Positions 1 to 8,657 of a DNA stretch of 28,634 nucleotides are shown here, piece by piece (the first letter of the stretch is position 1; every line of letters begins with the position of its first letter). The notes under the pieces are model-generated. The model was not told the DNA's origin and searched no databases. It saw only the letters and a program-made list of their open reading frames with translations. A program made the translations under genes and the position numbers. Source of the stretch: Meiothermus sp. (lineage in GTDB: Bacteria > Deinococcota > Deinococci > Deinococcales > Thermaceae); NCBI GenBank assembly GCA_033762915.1, contig JANRLD010000099.1, positions 1 through 28,634 of the forward strand, in the 5' to 3' direction.

Positions 1-55
1 TGAAATTACCCCGAAATTGTTGAGTAGAGGATAAGCCTCCAGAATAGGAGGCAGT

Positions 56-373
56 ATGAGCAACAGTAAAGGAAAACGGAGGGTGTACACCGCCGAGTTC
101 AAACGAGAAGCCGTGGCTTTGGCCGAGACACGAAAAGGCCAGGAGAGCGTAGAAGAGGTAGCCCGGAACCTTGGAGTGTCTCGTGGGTCGCTGCACCGCT
201 GGATAGCCGAGGAGACAGAAAAAGGTTCATTGGCCTTTCCCGGTCAAGGAAAACAAGCCTTGAGTCCAGAACAAGCCGAGATACAGCGGCTGAGAAAAGA
301 AGTTGAGCAGTTGAAGGAGGAGCGGGAGATTCTAAAAAAGGCTACAGCCTTCTTCGCCAGGGAAAGTCGCTGA
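56..373 (+). CDS. IS3 transposase OrfA (HTH DNA-binding)
   Basis: RRVYTAEFKREAV...VARNLGVSRGSLHRW HTH followed by the coiled coil EIQRLRKEVEQLKEEREILKKA; SD AGGAGG upstream of the ATG. Confidence 0.93.
   Translation: MSNSKGKRRVYTAEFKREAVALAETRKGQESVEEVARNLGVSRGSLHRWIAEETEKGSLAFPGQGKQALSPEQAEIQRLRKEVEQLKEEREILKKATAFFARESR
334..340 (+). promoter_or_regulatory. Programmed -1 ribosomal frameshift site A_AAA_AAG joining orfA and orfB
   Basis: The heptamer is in the orfA frame (CTA AAA AAG). The -1 frame is open through to the orfB stop at 1272. An internal SD-like AAGGAGG lies at 314-320. Confidence 0.85.
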
Positions 374-417
374 GATTTGCCTTTATCGAAGCCCAACGCC
401 GCGACCATTCCATAGAG

Positions 418-1272
418 TTGTTGTGTCGGGTGATGGGGGTAAGCGAGCAGGGCTTCTACCAGTGGCGCAGAAGGCCGAAATCCAAACACCAGGAGCGGGA
501 TAAGGTGCTGACCCGGCAGATCGAGGTGTTTCACTGTGCCAGCCGAGCCACCTACGGCGTACCTCGTATCCATAAAGACCTCAAAGCGGCTGGTGAACGG
601 GTAAGTCGAAAGCGGGTGGCACGGCTGATGAAACAGCAAGGCTTGAGAGGAAAGTGCAAGAGCAAGTTCAAAATCACTACTAAAACCAACCCTAAGAGAG
701 CCTTGGCTCCCAACCTTCTTGTGCAGCACTTTCGGGCTGAAGCTCCCAACCAGAAATGGGTTTCGGACATCACCTACATTCCCACCAAGGAGGGCTGGTT
801 GTACTTGGCGATTGTTTTGGACATCTACTCCCGCAGGGTGGTGGGTTGGGCAATGTCCGAACGAATGACCGATGACCTCACCCTGAAAGCTCTGAGAATG
901 GCCCTACAACGACGTACAGCCCAGAGCAAAACCGACTTCTCTGGGCTGGTTTTCCATTCCGATAAAGGCAGCCAGTACGCCAGCAGTGCCTTCATACTTG
1001 AACTCCAAAAACACCGCATCACCCAAAGCATGTCGGGCAAGGGCAACTGCTTCGATAATGCTGTTTCCGAGTCCTTCTTTGCCACCCTCAAGACCGAGGA
1101 GGTCAAACCCCAAGGCAAACTGGGTTACAACACCCGTCGGCAAGCGGCGACCGCCATCTTCGACTACATCGAGACCTTCTACAACCGCACTCGACGGCAC
1201 TCCACCCTCGGCTTTCTCTCCCCGCTCGACTTCGAGAACCAGAACCAGCACAATGCTAGGCAGGTGGCTTAA
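418..1272 (+). CDS. IS3 transposase OrfB (DDE integrase-like), probably expressed as an OrfAB fusion
   Basis: DDE motifs WVSDITY, HSDKGSQY and SESFFATLKTE; YNRTRRHSTLG motif. Confidence 0.93.
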   Translation: MLCRVMGVSEQGFYQWRRRPKSKHQERDKVLTRQIEVFHCASRATYGVPRIHKDLKAAGERVSRKRVARLMKQQGLRGKCKSKFKITTKTNPKRALAPNLLVQHFRAEAPNQKWVSDITYIPTKEGWLYLAIVLDIYSRRVVGWAMSERMTDDLTLKALRMALQRRTAQSKTDFSGLVFHSDKGSQYASSAFILELQKHRITQSMSGKGNCFDNAVSESFFATLKTEEVKPQGKLGYNTRRQAATAIFDYIETFYNRTRRHSTLGFLSPLDFENQNQHNARQVA

Positions 1273-1312
1273 CCTCGACTCGACAAAAACGGGGCAATAT
1301 CAAATCACCGAC

Positions 1313-1346
1313 CATGTAGGGACGAGCGGCCGCTCGTCCCTACATG
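1313..1346. repeat. Perfect 34-bp palindrome of the GTAG REP type; may also act as a terminator
   Basis: CATGTAGGGACGAGCGG|CCGCTCGTCCCTACATG is exactly self-complementary and has the GTAGGG...CCCTAC pattern. Confidence 0.7.
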
Positions 1347-1388
1347 TATTTCATACCACGTTGCCGGCCTCGAGGTAACCAAAGAAAG

Positions 1389-1555
1389 TCAAATACTCAA
1401 CTGCGTGTTGTACAGGTTCGCAAACACCCCGCCCGCCACGATCAACTGCGCGTGCGTGCCCTCTTCGGCGATTCCGTTTTCGGTCAGTACCAGGATCCTT
1501 TGCGCGTTGCGGACGGTGGAGAGCGGTGCGTCGGAATCATGGAAGCTCTTCTCAC
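1389..1555 (-). pseudogene. Relic of an ABC exporter (type IV, MsbA/Sav1866-like): possible start fused out of frame to the NBD C-terminal tail
   Basis: Minus strand 1523-1389 reads LSTVRNAQRILVLTENGIAEEGTHAQLIVAGGVFANLYNTQLSI*, the region after the H-loop (AHRLST). SD AGGAGG and GTG/ATG starts at 1555/1540 lie just upstream in another frame. Confidence 0.75.
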
Positions 1556-1694
1556 GCGCCCTCCTGTTGGCCTAAAACTCGAGTTGAGGGTAGCACGGAC
1601 AGGGGGGTCGGTCAAACCTGCCTTGCCATCAGATCCCCAAAAACTTGGCTCCGTGGGACTTCTTGGCCTCGAGCAGCGGCCTTTCTGAACCGAG

Positions 1695-1769
1695 TGCATT
1701 GCGTTTGTAACCTGGCTTCAAATTTCGCAATGCGTATGTTACTGTGTCTTTCTCTACGCATTGCGTAGA
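1695..1769. promoter_or_regulatory. Three phased palindromic boxes GCAWTGC, probable Lrp/AsnC operator
   Basis: tGCATTGCg (centre 1699), cGCAATGCg (1730) and tctacGCATTGCgtaga (1761), exactly 31 bp apart, directly upstream of the Lrp gene; TATGTT -10-like hexamer at 1735-1740. Confidence 0.7.
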
Positions 1770-1782
1770 AGCGGTAAATCCA

Positions 1783-2274
1783 ATGGACTACACCAGCCTG
1801 GATCAAACCGACCGCGAGATCGTCACCTTCTTGCAAGAGGACGGGCGTATGCCTTTCCGCGAGATCGGGCGGCGGCTGGGGGTCTCAGAGGGTACCGTGC
1901 GGCGGCGCTACGAGCGGATGGTCGAGGGAGGTCTGCTGCGGGTGTTGGCCACTGGCGACCCCATGAAATTCGGGGTCAAGGTGGACGCGCTGACCCTAGT
2001 CAAGACCCAGCCCGGCAAGGTTGAGTCGGTGGCAGAGGCGCTGTCGGGTCTCGAGGCGGTTCGCTATGTGGGCATCGGGATTGGCTCGGCGGATGTGGTG
2101 ATCGAAAGCCTGCATCCCTCGATGGAGGCCCTCTACCGTTTCCTGACCCAGGTGCTGCCAGCCATCAGCGGGGTCAGCAGCTACGAAACCATCCAGATCG
2201 CCAAGATCCTCAAGAGCGAGTGGGACTGGAAAGCTTGGTTGCGGCGTTCGGATGTCGAGGAGGTGGGAGTATGA
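1783..2274 (+). CDS. Lrp/AsnC family transcriptional regulator
   Basis: LDQTDREIVTFLQEDGRMPFREIGRRLGVSEGTVRRR HTH and a C-terminal RAM-like domain; ATG 1783 preferred over the 1744 ORF start. Confidence 0.92.
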   Translation: MDYTSLDQTDREIVTFLQEDGRMPFREIGRRLGVSEGTVRRRYERMVEGGLLRVLATGDPMKFGVKVDALTLVKTQPGKVESVAEALSGLEAVRYVGIGIGSADVVIESLHPSMEALYRFLTQVLPAISGVSSYETIQIAKILKSEWDWKAWLRRSDVEEVGV

Positions 2275-3776
2275 AGTGGGCAGTGAGATGGTTGGGCGCG
2301 TTGGTGCTGGTGCTGGGGCTGGCCTTCGCCCAGCAGGGGCGGCTGGTAATCGCCACCAGTCAGGATCCGCAGAGCTGGGATCCGATTGACACCTTCCTGC
2401 TGGCCTGGGGGATGGTGGGGTCGAACATCTTTGACGGGTTGGTGGATCGGGGTACCGACCTTAAGCTCAAGCCGGGCTTGGCCACCCGCTGGGAATACCG
2501 CGACAACGGCAAGACTCTGCGCTTCACTCTGCGCTCGGGTGTGCGCTTCCACAACGGCGAGCCCTTCAATGCGGCCGCAGTGAAGTTCACCTTCGATCGG
2601 CTCTTGGGGCCGGAGGGGGCCAAGGGGCCGCAGCAGGCCAACTACACCGCTATTAAAGAGGCTCGGGTGGTCAACAACCTGACCGTAGACTTGATCTTGG
2701 AGCGACCCGATCCGGTGCTTATCACCAAGCTGGCCGGGTACGGGGCCAAGATCGTCCCGCCGCAGTATATCAAGGAGAAGGGTGACGCTTTTTTCAACAC
2801 CAACCCGGTGGGCACCGGCCCCTTTCGCTTCGTCAGCTACTCCAAGGATCAGCAACTGACTCTCCAAGCCAACACCACCTACTGGGGTGGGCGGCCCAGG
2901 GTGCAGACCGTGGTCTACCGCTTCATTGAGGAGCCCGCCACCCGCATCGCCGAGTTGCAGGCGGGCCGGGTAGATATCGCCCAGGGCGTGCCAGTGGCCC
3001 AGGCCAACGTGGTCAAGAATGCCGCCACCCTCAACCTGGTGCCGGTCGGCAGTCCTACCGTTAACGAGTTGCGCTTCGCCACCGACCGCCCCCCTACCAA
3101 CAACCCCAAGGTGCGCCAGGCCATCCTCTACGCGGTTGACCGCGATGCCATCATCGCCAGCATTCTCCAGGGCTATGGCAAGGCCATCGCCACCTTCCAG
3201 ACCGACATGTCCTTTGGCTTCGATGCGGGCCTCAAGCCCTACCCCTTCGACCCCGCCAAGGCCAGGGCGCTGCTGCAAGAGGCCGGGGTGGCGGCGGGCA
3301 CTGAACTCGAGATCAACTTCGTCTCCACCGATGCCACCAACCGCGAGGTGGTGCAGGCAGTGGCGGGATACCTCCAGGCGGTGGGGTTCAAGATCAACCT
3401 CAAGCCCTACGAGGTTGGCACCTACTTCAACGACATCATCCCCAAGAACAAAAACGGCCAGCTCTACTACATGGGCTGGGGCGGCTGGACGCTGGACTAC
3501 GACAACACCGCTTACTTGCTCTACCGCACCGGCGAGTTCTGGAACCCGGTCTTCTCTGACAAGACCATTGACAAACTGCTCGACGACCAGCGGGCCACCT
3601 CCGACCAAGCCCAGCGCGAGAAGATTTTGCAGCAGATCGCCAAGTACCTCTACGATACCGCCATCGAGATGCCGCTGTACCAGTCGGTCAACCTATGGGG
3701 GGTCAACAAACGGGTTCAGGGCTTCGTAGCCCCCGCCGACGACCGTATCCGCCTGCTTACTGTCTCGGTTCGGTAG
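2271..3776 (+). CDS. Peptide ABC transporter substrate-binding protein (family 5, DppA/OppA-like)
   Basis: Signal peptide MKWAVRWLGALVLVLGLAFA; LKPGLATRW, LRSGVRFHNGEPFNAAAVKFTF and PVGTGPF motifs; ATGA overlap with the Lrp stop. Confidence 0.93.
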   Translation: MKWAVRWLGALVLVLGLAFAQQGRLVIATSQDPQSWDPIDTFLLAWGMVGSNIFDGLVDRGTDLKLKPGLATRWEYRDNGKTLRFTLRSGVRFHNGEPFNAAAVKFTFDRLLGPEGAKGPQQANYTAIKEARVVNNLTVDLILERPDPVLITKLAGYGAKIVPPQYIKEKGDAFFNTNPVGTGPFRFVSYSKDQQLTLQANTTYWGGRPRVQTVVYRFIEEPATRIAELQAGRVDIAQGVPVAQANVVKNAATLNLVPVGSPTVNELRFATDRPPTNNPKVRQAILYAVDRDAIIASILQGYGKAIATFQTDMSFGFDAGLKPYPFDPAKARALLQEAGVAAGTELEINFVSTDATNREVVQAVAGYLQAVGFKINLKPYEVGTYFNDIIPKNKNGQLYYMGWGGWTLDYDNTAYLLYRTGEFWNPVFSDKTIDKLLDDQRATSDQAQREKILQQIAKYLYDTAIEMPLYQSVNLWGVNKRVQGFVAPADDRIRLLTVSVR

Positions 3777-3794
3777 CCCGGAGCGTATTCAGGC

Positions 3795-4721
3795 ATGACC
3801 AAGTATGCGATCTCGAGGCTCCTCCAAGCGCTGCTGGTGGTGGTGCTGGTCACGTTGATCGTGGCCTACACCGTGCGCCTATCCGGCGACCCCGCCGTGG
3901 CGCTGTTCCAGGGTGCATCCGCGCCCACCAAGGAGGACCTCGAGCGCATCCGCAGCGCCCTGGGTCTTGACCGCCCCTTCCTGGTGCAGTACCTCGAGTT
4001 CCTGGGCGGTTTCTTCACCGGCGACCTGGGCACTAGCTTCCGCAGCGGACAGCCGGTGGCCCAGCTCATCGCCGAGCGGCTGCCAGCCACGCTGTTGCTG
4101 GCAGTCTGCTCGATGGCCATCTCGCTGCTGCTCTCCTTCCCGCTGGGGGTCTATTCAGCAGTGCGGAAGGGGGGCGCGGTGGATTTTTGGATTCGGGCGC
4201 TCTCGCTGGTGGGGCTGTCCTTCCCCAACTTCTGGCTGGGTATCATGCTGATCCTGCTGTTTGGGGTGGTGCTGCGCTGGCTGCCCCCCTCGGGCTTCGA
4301 GGGGGCATCCTCGCTGGTGCTGCCCAGCGTAACGCTGGGACTGATTCTCACCTCGACCACGGTGCGGATTCTGCGGGCCAGCATGCTCGAGGTGCTGCGT
4401 AGCCAGTACGTGACGGTGGCCCGCAGCAAGGGCCTGTCGGAGCGGGTGGTGCTCTACAAACACGCCCTGCGCAACGCCTCAATTCCTATTCTGACTTTTG
4501 TCGGCCTCCAGTTCGGCGGGCTGATTGGCGGGGTGGTGATTGTGGAGCAAGTCTTCGCCTGGCCTGGGTTGGGCTCGCTGGCCCTCAGTGCGATTGCTAA
4601 CCGTGACTATCCGGTGCTTCAGAGCACAGTGGCCGTGCTGTCGGCGGTGGTGGTGCTGGTGAACTATCTGATAGATCTTTCCTATGGGCTGATTGATCCG
4701 CGCATCAGTATGGAGTCGTAA
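3795..4721 (+). CDS. Peptide ABC transporter permease (DppB-like)
   Basis: LGLDRPFLVQY, GDLGTSF and the EAA loop YVTVARSKGLSERVVLYKHALRNA; multiple TM helices. Confidence 0.93.
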   Translation: MTKYAISRLLQALLVVVLVTLIVAYTVRLSGDPAVALFQGASAPTKEDLERIRSALGLDRPFLVQYLEFLGGFFTGDLGTSFRSGQPVAQLIAERLPATLLLAVCSMAISLLLSFPLGVYSAVRKGGAVDFWIRALSLVGLSFPNFWLGIMLILLFGVVLRWLPPSGFEGASSLVLPSVTLGLILTSTTVRILRASMLEVLRSQYVTVARSKGLSERVVLYKHALRNASIPILTFVGLQFGGLIGGVVIVEQVFAWPGLGSLALSAIANRDYPVLQSTVAVLSAVVVLVNYLIDLSYGLIDPRISMES

Positions 4722-5602
4722 TGGCGGTTCGCCCCAGGCCCTCCCTCGAGCCCGCCCCCCCTGCCCCACGGCGCGGCCTGCTGGGGCTTCTGCACCAGCC
4801 CGAGTTGCTGCTGGGCTTGGCTCTTACCGTCGTAATGCTGCTCAGCGCGCTCCTCGCGAATGTACTGTTCCCAGACGGGGCCGACCGGATGGACCTTACC
4901 AGCCGCTTGGTGCCCCCGTTCACTGACACTGCCCACATCTTCGGTACCGACCCTATCGGGCGCGACGTGTTGGCCCGGGTGGTCTACGGCGGACGCATAT
5001 CGCTGATAGTAGGGATCGTCTCGGTAGTGCTGGCGGTGATTATTGGGGTAGCGGTAGGCCTGATCGCCGGGTACCGCCGGGGCTGGGTAGACACGGTGTT
5101 GATGCGTCTGGTGGACGTGCAATTGGCCTTCCCCTTCATCTTGCTGGCCATCACCGTGATCGCGGTGGTGGGGCCGGGGTTGTGGAAGGTTATCTTCGTG
5201 ATGGTGGTGACCCAGTGGGTGCAGTACGCCCGGCTGGTGCGGGGTCAGGTGCTCTCGCTGCGCGAGCGCGACTTCGTCCACGCCGCCCAAGCCCTGGGCT
5301 CCTCCGACCTGCGGGTGATTCTGCGCCATATCCTGCCCAACCTGGTCGGCCCGGTAATTGTGCTGGCCACCCTCAATGTGGCCAACAACATCCTGCTGGA
5401 GTCAGGGCTGACCTTCCTGGGCCTGGGCGTGGACCCCCTGATCCCCTCCTGGGGCGGGATGCTGGCTGACGGGCGCAACTACCTCCAGACCGCCTGGTGG
5501 GTGGCGATGTTCCCAGGGCTGGCCATCACCGTCACCGTGTTGGGCTTTAACCTGCTGGGCGACTGGCTCCGCGACCGCCTCGACCCCCTAGGACGCGCAT
5601 GA
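4721..5602 (+). CDS. Peptide ABC transporter permease (DppC-like)
   Basis: HIFGTDPIGRDVLARVVYGGRISL, the EAA loop FVHAAQALGSSDLRVILRHILPN, and FNLLGDWLRDRLDP. Confidence 0.93.
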   Translation: MAVRPRPSLEPAPPAPRRGLLGLLHQPELLLGLALTVVMLLSALLANVLFPDGADRMDLTSRLVPPFTDTAHIFGTDPIGRDVLARVVYGGRISLIVGIVSVVLAVIIGVAVGLIAGYRRGWVDTVLMRLVDVQLAFPFILLAITVIAVVGPGLWKVIFVMVVTQWVQYARLVRGQVLSLRERDFVHAAQALGSSDLRVILRHILPNLVGPVIVLATLNVANNILLESGLTFLGLGVDPLIPSWGGMLADGRNYLQTAWWVAMFPGLAITVTVLGFNLLGDWLRDRLDPLGRA

Positions 5603-7695
5603 ACAGACCCGACGACAACCTCAATCCCGACATCTACAACCCCGATAACCCCTGGCACCGCCTGGCCCAGGCCGCCGCCGAGGCTGAGGGTGGGACGGTG
5701 CACGTGGCCCGGCCCCCCAAGGTTCGCCGGTACCCGGGCGGGCTGAAGGTGCACGACGCCAGCCTGGGCCGACGCCGCACCTGGAAGGCCGAGTTCGCCT
5801 GGGAGGGGCGGCGCTGGCTCGAGGCCTTGGCGAGGCTGGACATACCCCAGCCTGCCCCGGTGCGGGTGCTGGGCTACCTGTCCGAGTCGCCCGAGCTGCG
5901 CCGGATGCTGGCCCTCCAGGCCGAGGCCCAGTTGCGCGTGCGGGGGGTGTGGGCCAGGGCGACGGTGCGCAGCAGCTACAAGACCGGGCTTTTCTGGGCG
6001 ACCGAGGAGGTGCTGCCCCGGCTGCGCCGCGACGGGGCAGACGGCCTGCGGTTGGCCTACCCCGTGGCCGCCGAGCCCCCGAGCTGGCGCTTTTTGCAGG
6101 AGACCTTCCCGCTGGCGGGGCTGCTCGAGGCCGAGGGTATCGCCTTCGCCTCGGAGCCCCGGGCCGACGGGGTGATGGGGTACCGGGCCGTGGCCCTCAG
6201 GGGGGCCACCGCGCTGTGGCAGCTCGAGTGTCCTCTCCCGCTGTACCGCCGCGCCGCCGTGGACGGCTCCGGGGTCTGGGCCACCACGGGTTTGCTGCGC
6301 CTCGAGGCCGGTGGCCGGGTGCTGGAGGAGCGCATCCCTACCGACGCCGAGCTGTTCTGGGATTGGTTCTACGCTCAGGTGTTGCCGCAGGTGCTCGAGC
6401 TGGCCGCCGGGAAGGACCACGGCTCGTTCTTCCGCAACCTCACCGTGGCCGCCGAACTCTCCGAGCCCGAGGTGCGGCTGGGGGTGGGGCAGGAGTGCGC
6501 CTCGATGCCCGAGGCCCTGGCCGAGGAGGTCTACTTCACCACCCTCGAGGCCTTCAAGCGGGCCAAGGGGGTGCCCGCGCAGGGGCGCGGGCTGCCGGTG
6601 GGGCGCATCGTCCCGGTGATGCAGGCCCTTCCGGGGGTGGACGGGCGGGCTCGGGTAGTCCTGATCGAGAACGGGTCCGAAGCGCCCGAGCGGCTCGCGA
6701 CGCCCTCGAGCGGCCGCAGTGAAAACCTGCCGACCGCCCCCGAGGCCGATGGGTGGAGGCCTGCCTGGGAGGGCGGGCTTCTAGAGGGCGAGGCCGGCTC
6801 GAGCCCCCTGCCCCTCCCCTCGCGCCCCCTGATGCCCGAAGAGGTCTGGCAGACCGCCCGCCACCTGGCCCGGCGCCTGGGGCTGCGCCTCGAGGTGAGG
6901 GCCTACAGCTACGACGGGCGGCCGGTGGTGGCCCTTAGCAAGCCCTTCCAGCCTGGCCGGCCCGGCCTGTTGATCACCGCCGGGCAGCACGCCAACGAGC
7001 CCACCGGCCCCAAGGCGGCGCTGCGGCTAATCGAGCGGCTGGCGAGCGAGGAGGGGCTCAACTGGGCGGCCTTCCCGCTGGAGAACCCCGACGGCACCCG
7101 GCTGCACCACGCCCTGATGCAGCTCGCCCCCCACCATATGCACCACCCCGCCCGCTACACCGCGCTGGGCGATGACCTCCAGTCCCGCATGGATCAGCCC
7201 CGCCCCCGCTGGGAGTCCGCCGGACGGCACTGGGCGCTTGGGGCGATGCAGCCCCTGGTTCACCTCAACTTGCACGGCTACCCCTCGCACGAGTGGGTGC
7301 GGCCCTTTACCGGCTACTCGCCCAGGGGCTTCGAGGGCTGGGCGCTGCCGATGGGGGTGCTGATGGTGCTCAACTTCACTCCCCAGCGTCGGGGGGAGGC
7401 CCTCGAGCTGGGCGAGGCCATCGCCGCCGCCATGAACCGCCGGGAGGCGCTGCGCCGCCTGACCGACGACGCGCTGCGCTGGCGCGAGGCCCACGCCCTC
7501 GAGCACCCCTACCGACTGATCGGGGGCTTCCCCTTCCTGATCTGGGAGCGGGAGGGCACCGCCGAGCACCCCATCGAGGTCATTACCGAGATGCCCGACG
7601 AAACCGTGTACGGCCGGGAGTTTGAGCTGCTGACCGAGGCCCAGACCCTGGCGGGGGAGACGGTAATTGACTGGCTGAAGGCGAGGCAAGGGTGA
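5599..7695 (+). CDS. M14-family zinc carboxypeptidase-like protein with a long N-terminal extension
   Basis: Zn ligand motif GQHANE, ENPDG, third ligand LNLHGYPSHEW, and a candidate catalytic Glu in ITEMPDE; translationally coupled to the operon. Confidence 0.8.
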   Translation: MNRPDDNLNPDIYNPDNPWHRLAQAAAEAEGGTVHVARPPKVRRYPGGLKVHDASLGRRRTWKAEFAWEGRRWLEALARLDIPQPAPVRVLGYLSESPELRRMLALQAEAQLRVRGVWARATVRSSYKTGLFWATEEVLPRLRRDGADGLRLAYPVAAEPPSWRFLQETFPLAGLLEAEGIAFASEPRADGVMGYRAVALRGATALWQLECPLPLYRRAAVDGSGVWATTGLLRLEAGGRVLEERIPTDAELFWDWFYAQVLPQVLELAAGKDHGSFFRNLTVAAELSEPEVRLGVGQECASMPEALAEEVYFTTLEAFKRAKGVPAQGRGLPVGRIVPVMQALPGVDGRARVVLIENGSEAPERLATPSSGRSENLPTAPEADGWRPAWEGGLLEGEAGSSPLPLPSRPLMPEEVWQTARHLARRLGLRLEVRAYSYDGRPVVALSKPFQPGRPGLLITAGQHANEPTGPKAALRLIERLASEEGLNWAAFPLENPDGTRLHHALMQLAPHHMHHPARYTALGDDLQSRMDQPRPRWESAGRHWALGAMQPLVHLNLHGYPSHEWVRPFTGYSPRGFEGWALPMGVLMVLNFTPQRRGEALELGEAIAAAMNRREALRRLTDDALRWREAHALEHPYRLIGGFPFLIWEREGTAEHPIEVITEMPDETVYGREFELLTEAQTLAGETVIDWLKARQG

Positions 7696-8561
7696 GCTAT
7701 CCGAGCGTCTCCACTTTCTCGCTGGTGGCCCTTGACCCCCAGAACGGCAGCCTGGGAGTGGCCGTCGCCAGCCGCTTCATCGCGGTGGGGGGGGTGGTGC
7801 CGTGGGCCAAGGCCGGGGTGGGGGCGCTGGCCACCCAGTCTTACGCCAACACCACCTTCGGGCCGAGGGCGTTTGCGATGCTTGAGGAGGGCCGGGGCCT
7901 CGAGGCGGTCCACCAGCACTTCCAGGCCACCGACCCCGAGCTGGCCCTGCGGCAGTACGGGGCGGTCGCGCAGGACGGCTCGAGCCTCTCTTTCACCGGG
8001 GAGGGCTGCCACCCCTGGGCGGGTGGGCGCTTTGGGCCGGGCTACGCAGCGCAGGGCAATCTGTTGGCCGGGCCGGAGGTGGTGGAGGCGATGGCGGAAA
8101 CCTTCCTGGCCTCGAGCCTGCCCTTCCCCCAGCGCCTGCTGGCGGCGCTGGCGGCGGGCGATGAGGCCGGGGGCGACCGTCGGGGCAGGCAGTCGGCGGC
8201 CCTGCTGGTGGTGGCCGAGGGCCGGGGCTACATGGGCTTCAACGACCGCTGGCTCGACCTCCGAGCCGACGACCACCCCGAACCCATCGGGGAATTGCGG
8301 CGGCTGCTTGGGCTGCACCAGATTTACATGGAGAAGCCCTCGAGGCCCCCCAAGGTGCTCGAGCCGGATGAGGTGCGCTGGCTGCAAGAGGTCCTGAGCC
8401 GCCGTGGCCTGCGCGCCGCGCCGGTCTCGGGCGTGTGGGACGGCCCGACCGCTGCCGGCCTGAAGGCGCTGTACGCCTCGGACAACCTCTCGGGGCGCTG
8501 GCTCGAGGGGCCGCAGGTCGACCCCGATGCCTGGGAATATCTGAGGCGGGCGCTGGGCTGA
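7692..8561 (+). CDS. DUF1028 (Ntn-hydrolase-fold) protein with a probable C-terminal peptidoglycan-binding-like domain
   Basis: TFSLVALDP...GVAVAS, GVGALATQS, AAQGNLLAG, GGDRRGRQSAAL and DLRADDHPEPI; tail resembles a PG-binding domain (WLQEVLSRRG...GVWDGPTAAGL). Confidence 0.85.
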   Translation: MSYPSVSTFSLVALDPQNGSLGVAVASRFIAVGGVVPWAKAGVGALATQSYANTTFGPRAFAMLEEGRGLEAVHQHFQATDPELALRQYGAVAQDGSSLSFTGEGCHPWAGGRFGPGYAAQGNLLAGPEVVEAMAETFLASSLPFPQRLLAALAAGDEAGGDRRGRQSAALLVVAEGRGYMGFNDRWLDLRADDHPEPIGELRRLLGLHQIYMEKPSRPPKVLEPDEVRWLQEVLSRRGLRAAPVSGVWDGPTAAGLKALYASDNLSGRWLEGPQVDPDAWEYLRRALG

Positions 8562-8657
8562 CCCTTGAAGCGGGAGACCGGTCTGCTGGCCGCCCCTACC
8601 GCCGCCTGGGCCTCCCGACCCGGTGTGCAAGAGCCGGCAGACGGGCTCAACGTGTGG

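Larger units (their letters stand above)
1..1302 (+). mobile_element. IS3-family insertion sequence, apparently complete
   Basis: TG...CA ends. 30-bp imperfect terminal inverted repeats: TGAAATTACCCCGAAATTGTTGAGTAGAGG (1-30) vs reverse complement of 1273-1302 TGATATTGCCCCGTTTTTGTCGAGTCGAGG, 23/30 identical. orfA/orfB with a -1 frameshift signal. The target duplication cannot be seen because the window starts at the left end. Confidence 0.95.

Noticed and set aside
1344..1688. 114-aa plus-strand ORF after the IS
   Set aside because: It is the antisense shadow of the ABC NBD relic
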